A DNA stretch of 7,153 bases from Candidatus Iainarchaeum sp. (lineage in GTDB: Archaea > Iainarchaeota > Iainarchaeia > Iainarchaeales > CSSED10-239). Below are positions 1 through 7,108 of the stretch, piece by piece; the stretch's first letter is position 1, and every line of letters starts with the position of its first letter. Position numbers and translations under genes: made by a program. The stretch spans positions 1 to 7,153 of the forward strand of contig CALBUD010000072.1 in NCBI GenBank assembly GCA_937968065.1, in the 5' to 3' direction. Below the pieces are notes generated by a model. That model ran no database searches. It was given only the letters and a program-made list of their open reading frames with translations, and was not told where the DNA came from.

Positions 1-1488
1 GGAATTACTAAAATATATAAAATTATAAATAAAGAAAATAGAGAAGCTATAGAATTTATATTAGATAGTCAAAGTAAATTAAATTATAAATATGTAACTT
101 TACCAGAAGTTAATGAAGGAACATTTATAACTACCAGAGATATTTTTTCTCAATTTGGATGAAATACTGCTGAAATGAATAATGTATATATTTCTATAGA
201 ACAACAAAAATTATCTCCAAATGAAGAATGAGTTGAAGCAAAATATATAATCCCAGAACAATATGATATTAATGAATTAGATATTTTAAAATCTGGAAAT
301 ATATTAAGAGGTAAATTTCTTATTGAAAATCAAACTATTGATCCCGGATTTAAAGATGTTACTGATGATTTAATTGTTAAATTAAGTGAAAAAAGAAATG
401 TAGATAAACCGGAAGGATTATTTATAAAACGAAAAGGAGATTATAGAGTAAGATATAATGCAAATTTATATCAAACAGATTATACTTCTGATAAAAATAA
501 ATTTGTAAAAGGAAATTCATTTGTAGTTTTAACTTCTGAACAACAAACATCAGAAGGATATTCTAAATCTGGAAACAAGACATATAGAGTAATAGGACGA
601 TCTAATGAAAAAGTAACATTAGAGTATAATGCTTTTAATAAAAATGGTAAATTATTAAGTATTATTAAAGAATTAAAGATTGATGAATTTTCTGAAAAGA
701 TAAAATGATTATATGTTATGAAAGGAAGTCCTGAACATCATCAACTTAAAGAAATTCAAAATAAAAAGGAATTAAAACAAGTTGAAAAAGAAGCAAAACA
801 AAAAGCAACTAATAAAAAAGAATTATACAATACTTTACAATTAAAATTTCAAAAAATTTTTAAAATAAAAGTTGAATTACAAAATCATGATTCAGGTCAA
901 TTTAAAAATAAAAAAGCATGGATTAATGCTGATCCTTTAGGTAAACCTACTATTGTATTAAATACAGCAAATATTAATACATCAGAAGAAGATTTGATTC
1001 ATGAATATTTACATTTATTTTTAATAGCTTTAAAATATAATGAAACTGATCCAAAAGGACCAAGTTCTTATGAAAAATTATTGTTAGATTATAAAAATTC
1101 TTTTGAAGGTAAAACTTCTGAAGATCCAAAAAAACAACAAAGAATTGATTCTATAGTAAATACAAATAATATAAATACATTAGAAGAATTTTTTGTTCAA
1201 GATATTAGTAAAATAATGGTTGAACAAAATTATCAAGACCTTGATGAATTTAACTTTGATAATTTTTATCAAGCAATAAATAATTCTTTAGAAAGTTTAG
1301 AAGTAGAAAATACAACTCCTTTTGCTGATGATTTATTTGGAATATTAACACATAAAATGTCGTCTATATTTCCAAGAATGAGAGATAGTCAAATGAGTAA
1401 TAATAGTTTAATCTTATTTGACGCTAACTTTAGAAATTGATTAGATAACCAAATTAGTAAGAAGAAAATTGAAATTTTATGTCAATAA
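1..1488 (+). CDS. 5'-truncated large protein (495 codons visible). The C-terminal part has a coiled-coil-like segment and an HExxH zincin-like metallopeptidase motif. Requires TGA=Trp.
   Basis: Checked codon by codon, frame 1 is open from base 1 to TAA at 1486-1488. The only interruptions are TGA at 160-162, 229-231, 706-708 and 1438-1440, with no TAA or TAG. Track ORF 718..1440 is the largest standard-code fragment of this gene. The sequence has a Lys/Glu-rich stretch (...LKEIQNKKELKQVEKEAKQKATNKKEL..., about 745-830) and then ...GKPTIVLNTANINTSEEDLIHEYLHLFLIAL, with HEYLH at 1000-1014. Confidence 0.8.
1000..1014 (+). other. HExxH (HEYLH) candidate zinc-metallopeptidase active-site motif within the 1..1488 CDS
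   Basis: The codons are cat gaa tat tta cat. They follow a predicted beta-like stretch (PTIVLNTANI) and an acidic turn (SEEDLI). They are followed by a hydrophobic helix-like stretch (LFLIAL). This is the usual zincin context of strand, then helix carrying HExxH. I could not identify a third metal ligand. Confidence 0.4.
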
Positions 1489-4400
1489 GTCAATGTACAT
1501 ATTCAATTCCTGATGAAAATAAAGTCGGATTAGATTTTATTTCGTTAGTAAAACACTATTATAAATCAACAAAAATATTAAAGAATAGTAATATATTTAG
1601 TTCTGATGAAATAGTAGAAAGTGTTACTAAAAAATTAAAGGAACAATTAAATTTAAAAGATGATATTATCAATAATATAATTACGGATGGTAGAGGTAAT
1701 AAAGTACAATTAGATAAGAACGATATTAAATCTGCTTTGGATTTTATTGTTGCTAATAATTTACAATTATACAAAGAAATTGGTATAAGTCAATCTCAAT
1801 TATCTCCAGAATACATTAGAGAAAATAGAATATTAAATTTTATTAAAAATTCTCTTTCTGATCAAGGATTACGTATTGAAGAAAAAGACACTTTATCAGA
1901 TTTAAAAGTTAAATATGCTGATGAAGTAAAACCAATTGAAGAAGATATAATAGAAACTTTAGAAATAGAAGAAAAAACAAATGCTATTGGTAGAGCTTTA
2001 CATAAGACTTTAAATAATATAGTACTTGACGAAGGAACACTAACTCAAAAAAGTTTATATCATTTACGAAAAGTTTTAGAAGAAAATCAAGAAATATTAG
2101 ATGGAGATTTAGATGATTGAGTAAATCATTTCTCAAATATTGTAAAACAAATTTATTTTTCAATAACATCTAAAGGTAGAGTTTTATCTGAAGTTTGATT
2201 AAGATCCAATAAAGAAGCATTAGCTCAAGTTAAAGGAGCTATAGATATTTTAATTGTAGACGATTTTGGTAATGTTCATATATATGATTTAAAATTATCT
2301 AAACATAAATATGATAATTGAGATTCAGCTAAGAAATTAACAACTGATTGACAGTTAGCGTTTTACAGAGCATTACTTGGACAACATGTTCCAATTAATA
2401 ATACAGAATTAAATTTAATTTCTATTGTAGTTGGAGATTATAATGAATCTAAAAAATTACAATTAAAAAATGTAAGATTAGAACCTATAAGAAATAGATT
2501 AGCTGATGAAACAGGTAAACCTTTACAAATTGTTAATAAAGATTTAAGTACTGATTATGTTCCTGGAAAATTAACATTAGGTAAAATGTATTTAATTGCT
2601 AGGAAATTAATTCCTGAACAAAAGCAATTAGACTACGATCCTAAAAGAACAAAAGATATAAATGATACATTAGCATTAATGTTTCCTAATTATAAACCAT
2701 TAATTAGTAGATCTGAAGCTGCTTTTGATGTAGAAGTTGAATTGAAAAAAGCAATACGAAATTCTGGATTTACTTCAAAATATTCAGATTTTGTTCACGA
2801 AGGAGTAAAAATTAGTAGAAATGGTTGAGTTAGTGTAGATCCTAAAATAGATGAAAGATTTAAAACATCTAAAGAATTAGAAGATGAACTTAGACCAATA
2901 TTACAACATTATGCAGAGTTTGTTAAAAGTAATGAAAATAATATAATTTCTAGACTTAGAAATACTATTTCTCAAGCAATTCAAAACCAATCAGTAACTA
3001 AAATAGATTTAAATAACGCTCAAGAATCTGCATTTGTTAAAAATGTAGTAAATAAATATGTTAATGGAGATTATAGATTAATAAGTAATTCTGAGGAATT
3101 AGATTCTTTAGGTTTAATTCTTTTACAAAATACTAGAACTGGAGCATATGTTATATTAAATGTTACAGTAAATAACTTAAAAGTTCAATATGACGAAAAT
3201 TATTCTATTGCAGATATAGAATATATTAAAGCATTAACTTTTTTCAATTTCTTTGAATCAGAATTACAATTAACTCTGAATAAAATTGAAAATATAGAAG
3301 TTATGAATATTGATGCTAATAGAAATGCTAATAGAAGTTTAGATCATGTTTTTGAAATATACAGTAATACTATATCTCCGACAGGTATAACAAATAATTT
3401 ACATAAAGATCATTTATTGAATAATGTTCAAAGAGCAGAAGAATTAGTTAGACAAGAACACAGAAGAGCTTTTAATGAATTACCTGAAGGTGACAAACAA
3501 GCTATTAAAGAAATTCTTGATGAATATGATGAAGCTGCCGGTAACTTAAGTTTATTTCAATTAAAAGAAATAACTAGAAAATTTGTTAAACAATATCCTG
3601 AATTAGAACAGAAAACATATAAAAGTGGATTTGATTTTAATAACCCAATTGAAAGATTATTTGCTTATATTCAAGTATTATTATTAGCTAAAGCTGATAT
3701 AATTCCAGAAGGAGACCTTGAAGGAAATAATAATTATAATATTAGATTTTCAAACTTAAAAACTTTCTTTTCTGGTTTATTATCTAAAGATATAAGAGTA
3801 TATGATGAAAATGAAAGAAAATTAGGTGGATTAATTGAAGGTTTAAAAACAAGTACTCCTGATAAAATGAAGTCCAAAGATTTACAAAATATTAATGGTC
3901 TTATCAATGGTACTAACAATAGAATAGGTAGTAGATTTATACATGAATCAGTTATACTTAATAATGCTACTAAAAAATACTATAAAGATATAAATTATGA
4001 TTGAGTTTCTGAAAATGTAATTGCTAATCATAGAATAAAATTTAAAAATCTTTGAGTAACAGACAATTTAGGAAATGTAACTGGAGAATGACGTGTAAAA
4101 AATCCATATGATTATAGTCCTGAAAATGCTTTAACTGATGCAGAAAGAGAATATTTAAAACAAATATTATTTAGAATATATATTAATGGAATTAGTTTAC
4201 CTAAAGCTAAATATGATGCTATAGATATTAGTTCTATTGATAGTATTATGAAAACTGCTCCAGAATCTATGATTGAAAAAATTAATAAAGGTACTTATTT
4301 TGAAATGCCTATTATTAGATCTCAACAATGAAATAGATATGATAAAATTTGAGGAAGAGGATATCAAGGAATATTAGATACTGTTAAGTCTTTAGGTCAT

Positions 4401-6212
4401 GAAATCCATGATTATGTTGACGGAAGAGAATTAGAACCAGAAGAACTTCATAATATTAAAAAAGAAGCTGGGTTTTATGAAATGTACGATGTTTATGCTA
4501 AACAAAGTAGACAATTTATTCAAGATAAAGTTGCTGAAAAGGGAGAAGCATATTGAGAGTTAGATTTAGATGCTATTGCACATAGAGTAATTTTTAATAA
4601 AATAAGAAAAAAATATTTAGACAATATTCTTCCCGTAATCAGTGCATATATTTGAACTGCAAAAATTAGTGGAGGAAAACAAAATATAGATATTTCTAAT
4701 GAATTAGAATATGCTTTAAGAAGATTAAAATTAGCATCTAAAGATGAACATATTATTGATGAAGATTTTGAAGATGTAGTAAGTTTAGCAGGAACAGCAA
4801 AAAGAATTACTACTAAAGCAATGTTAGCATTTCGTCCTGCATTACTAGTTAAAGAATTAACTATTGGTCTTTATAAAAATTATATGTTAGCAGCAACTCA
4901 AATGTTAGGTGAAGATCAATTTAATATGTCAGATTTAACTAAAGCTATAGGTAAATTAATGAGTATTGATAACAAATTTAGTGCAGAATGAAATTTAATT
5001 GATATGATTAATTCTGAATATAGGTTTGCAAACTTAGAATTGGGTACACTTCCTAATAAATATAAAACTAATAGAAAAGTTGGATTTTTTATGGGATTTG
5101 GTAAATGGATGTTTTCTATGAATACTATTCCTGATTATTATAATAGACTTTCTTTATTCTTAGCTAAAATGATTCATGATGGTTCATATGATGCCCATGT
5201 TATGGATGAAAAAGGACATTTAATATATGATCCTAGAAAAGATAAAAGATTTTCATATTATTTTGAAAATAGAGACAAACATAAAAATTCAAAAGGTCAA
5301 TATATTCCGGCTAAAAATGATTCAAAATATAATAAACAAAGAAATCTTTATTTGTTATTAATTAATCAAATATCAAAAGAAAGACAAATTCAGGGTGATG
5401 ATATTTTTACAGAAGAAGATTTAATTGATAAAGCTTATTCAGAACAAGAACGTAATTCATTTAAATCATTTACTGATACAGTATATGGTTATTATGATAA
5501 AGATTCTCAAGCAGAATGACATAATGCGTGATATGGAATGTTGTATTTACAATTCTTACAATTCTGACCTGGTAAAATGAGTTTATGATTTGGAACACAA
5601 TATAATAAGAAATTAAGTCCTATTGGAAAACATGTTCATAAAACTCAAAAAGACGCTAATGGTAAAGAACAATTAATGTATAAAAAACCTCTTTATGAAG
5701 ATCCTGCTAATCCTGATGAAATTACAGGATGAGAACCAACTACTGAAGACACTGGGGATCCAATATTAGAATGACAAGGTACAGCTTACGAAGGATTATA
5801 TTTTTCAATGTTACATACATTAAGAGATATTCTTAAAGGAGATTGAGAAAATATTAAAAATGAAAAAGTTAGAAGTAGAAGAGCATTATATGGTTTAGCT
5901 GAAGGATTTTTAATGTATGCTTTTTTCAAATTCTTACAAATGTTATTTGAAGCATGAATTTCACAAAATGGAACTGATGGTATAAATGGAGAAACAATGG
6001 AATTTATGGCATCTGTTAATAGAAAAGTATTAAATGAATCAAATGTATTAGACAATACTTTTGGAGCATTAAGATCTGAACCAGCTTTTTGAACTTATAC
6101 TATGCAAGTATCTCAAGATATGTATGATGTAATGACAGGATCTGGAAATAGAACTCCTCAAAAATTATTAGCTCGAAATATTAGAGCTTTTGAATTTTGA
6201 GATAATCATTAA
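1479..6212 (+). CDS. Giant 1577-aa protein with an N-proximal RecB/Cas4-family PD-(D/E)xK nuclease domain. The rest is unassigned, with an aromatic/Trp-rich C-terminal region. Requires TGA=Trp.
   Basis: Track ORFs 1479..2120, 2586..2828, 3303..4004 and 5004..5519 all lie in frame 3. I translated the gaps between them and every interruption up to TAA at 6210-6212 is TGA. There are 23 in total: 2118, 2196, 2319, 2349, 2826, 4002, 4053, 4089, 5517, 5529, 5565, 5586, 5730, 5772, 5844, 5955, 6090 and 6198, plus five more between 4300 and 5000. No frameshift is needed. ATG 1479 is the first ATG after the in-frame TAA at 1458-1460, and it overlaps the stop of the upstream gene. Only one TGG codon occurs in this gene (GKWMF). 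Confidence 0.85.
2190..2366 (+). other. PD-(D/E)xK nuclease core motifs (RecB/Cas4/AddB-like family) inside the giant CDS
   Basis: The translation is ...LSEVWLRSNKEALAQVKGAIDILIVDDFGNVHIYDLKLSKHKYDNWDSAKKLTTDWQLAFYRALL. GAID (Asp at 2244-2246) matches the GxxD motif II. IYDLK (Asp 2286-2288, Lys 2292-2294) matches the hhDxK motif III. QLAFY (Gln 2352-2354, Tyr 2364-2366) matches the QxxxY motif IV typical of RecB-family nucleases. A candidate motif I Glu lies at 2190-2192. There is no Cys cluster, so this is not an Fe-S Cas4-type variant. Confidence 0.7.
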
Positions 6213-6255
6213 AAAAATAAGCCCGACCACATTACGTGATCGGGCTTATTTATTT
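6211..6255. terminator. Bidirectional rho-independent terminator between the convergent giant gene and the SLT gene
   Basis: A GC-rich hairpin has arms AAGCCCGAcCAC (6219-6230) and GTGaTCGGGCTT (6236-6247), with one mismatch and a loop of about 5 nt (ATTAC). An A7 run lies upstream (6211-6217), which reads as T7 after the hairpin on the minus strand. TTATTTATTT lies downstream (6246-6255). The element sits 7-8 nt after the + strand TAA and about 16 nt after the minus-strand TAA. Confidence 0.8.
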
Positions 6256-6262
6256 AAATGAA

Positions 6263-7000
6263 TTAGGCAGGATACATTTTAAGGTATTCTGTTATATGTG
6301 TTTTATTGGCGTCTCTAAATCCTTGCTTTGCTAAAGGAGAATTTCGTGTACCAAGAAAATAATCTTTAACCGTACCTGCACCTAATAAGTGTGCAGCAGC
6401 TCTAATACCATTTTTTGTTATTTTAATTCCATCAACTGTTTTTCCACTAAACTCTTCAATTATATCTTTTAATCTACGTTCATTAAGTCTAGCTAATTCT
6501 AATGCTCCTTGATGTTGAACCAAAGTATCTTTAAATTGTTCTTTTGTTTTACCAATATCTTTTAAAGCTATGTTTCCAAATTGATATAAACCATAATAAC
6601 CAAGTCTATTTGTAACATCTGGTCTATAACTACTTTCTTTAGCTGCTAATTTTATTAAATAATCTTTATCTTCATCAGATATAGATAATCCTTTTATTTC
6701 GTCAATTATTTTATTAGATACTTCACTCATAGGTCTTAATATTTCAGGTGTTAATTCGTAATCATTAAAAACTTGTTTTGGTTTAGAAACTTCAGGAATA
6801 CTTATATTACTTAAATCTCATTTTTTTGGTTTATCTATGGATTTAGTTCCTTCAATAGAAGGTATATCTTGTTCAGTTATATTAAAATAATTTCTAAAAT
6901 AGGTATTATCAGGAAGAGCTATATTATAAGTATTATAATAATCTAACATCTCTTCTTTATTATTTAAACTTATAGGTTTAAATTCTGCAAATTGTTCCAT
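6263..7000 (-). CDS. Lytic transglycosylase / lysozyme-like (SLT domain) protein of 245 aa from ATG 7000 (251 aa if the TTG at 7018 is used). Has one in-frame TGA=Trp. Candidate endolysin or virion-associated peptidoglycan hydrolase.
   Basis: Track ORFs 6818..7018 and 6263..6730 are in the same minus-strand frame. They are separated only by TGA (6820..6818), and the 87 nt between them contain no stop (...KPKK-W-DLSNISIPEVSKPKQVFNDYELTPEILRP-MSEV...). The stop is TAA (6265..6263). The C-terminal half carries SLT-like motifs: AAKESSYRP (catalytic-type Glu-Ser, Glu at 6637..6635), GYYGLYQFG (the GLxQ motif, about 6599..6575) and AAHLLGAG (6397..6374, equivalent to the AYNxG region). There is no signal peptide or TM segment at the N-terminus. 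Confidence 0.8.
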
Positions 7001-7022
7001 AATTAATAATTTTATCAATTAG

Positions 7023-7054
7023 CAAAGTTAAATATATATTTTCATAAAATTATA
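7023..7054 (-). promoter_or_regulatory. Candidate promoter region for the SLT gene: a Bacteroidota-type -7 element TAnnTTTG and/or a TATAAT box
   Basis: The minus strand reads 5'-GATTTTTATATAATTTTATGAAAATATATATTTAACTTTGCTAATTGATAAAATTATTAATT-ATG. TAACTTTG (7030..7023) matches TAnnTTTG and ends 22 nt before ATG 7000. TATAAT lies at 7054..7049. There is no clean upstream TTTG at the expected spacing, and the AT-rich background makes chance matches likely. No Shine-Dalgarno-like purine tract precedes the ATG. Confidence 0.25.
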
Positions 7055-7062
7055 TAAAAATC

Positions 7063-7108
7063 AAAAAAAATAGGGGAATAAAGCAAATACGCTTCATTCC
7101 CCATTTTT
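7063..7108 (-). terminator. Rho-independent terminator, probably ending a minus-strand transcript that enters from the right edge. It also has a weaker T-run on the + strand.
   Basis: The hairpin arms are GGGGAATaAAGC (7073-7084) and GCTTcATTCCCC (7091-7102), giving 12 bp with one mismatch and a 6-nt loop (AAATAC). An A8 run at 7063-7070 reads as T8 following the hairpin on the minus strand. A T5 run lies at 7104-7108 on the + strand. These are the only GC-rich islands in an otherwise AT-rich spacer. Confidence 0.65.

Noticed and set aside
1102-1119. FEGKTS as a possible Walker A / P-loop
   Set aside because: It lacks the GxxxxGK[ST] spacing (no Gly or Ala five residues upstream), and no Walker B candidate follows.
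1559-1774. Minus-strand ORF of 71 aa
   Set aside because: It lies antisense inside the giant + strand CDS. The peptide is low-complexity and rich in Leu, Ile, Ser and Phe, which is typical of the reverse frame of AT-rich coding DNA.
2100-2117. DGDLDD (a DxDxD pattern) as a possible two-barrel RNA polymerase or other metal-binding catalytic motif
   Set aside because: It lies in an acidic, helix-like stretch (EENQEILDGDLDDW) without the flanking hydrophobic strand context of DPBB polymerase sites. Acidic triplets like this are common by chance.
1984-2169. Minus-strand ORF of 61 aa
   Set aside because: It lies antisense inside the giant CDS, has no motifs and has the same compositional artefact.
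3734-3919. Minus-strand ORF of 61 aa
   Set aside because: It lies antisense inside the giant CDS, has no motifs and has the same compositional artefact.
718-5519. Reading the same-frame ORF fragments (718..1440, 1479..2120, 2586..2828, 3303..4004, 5004..5519) as separate small genes or as a decayed pseudogene
   Set aside because: Every interruption is TGA. There are no TAA or TAG codons and no frameshifts over more than 6 kb. Trp is otherwise almost missing (2 TGG), and genuine ends use TAA. Random decay would produce all three stop codons as well as indels.
5786-6055. Minus-strand ORF of 89 aa
   Set aside because: It lies antisense to the TGA-dense C-terminal part of the giant CDS. It stands out only because the true + frame is broken up under the standard code.
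1-7018. TGA read as Gly (table 25, SR1/Gracilibacteria-type) or as selenocysteine
   Set aside because: Gly is already abundant through GGA and GGT, while Trp would be nearly absent without TGA. The TGA contexts are aromatic and hydrophobic, and TGA plus TGG gives a normal Trp frequency. Twenty-eight Sec sites with no SECIS-like structures is implausible. The Gly option still needs an alignment-based check.
7016-7018. TTG (minus strand) as the start of the SLT gene, as drawn by the ORF track (MIKLLIM...)
   Set aside because: An ATG lies six codons downstream (7000..6998). The candidate -7 element at 7030..7023 would leave almost no leader for a 7018 start. I kept it as an alternative boundary only.
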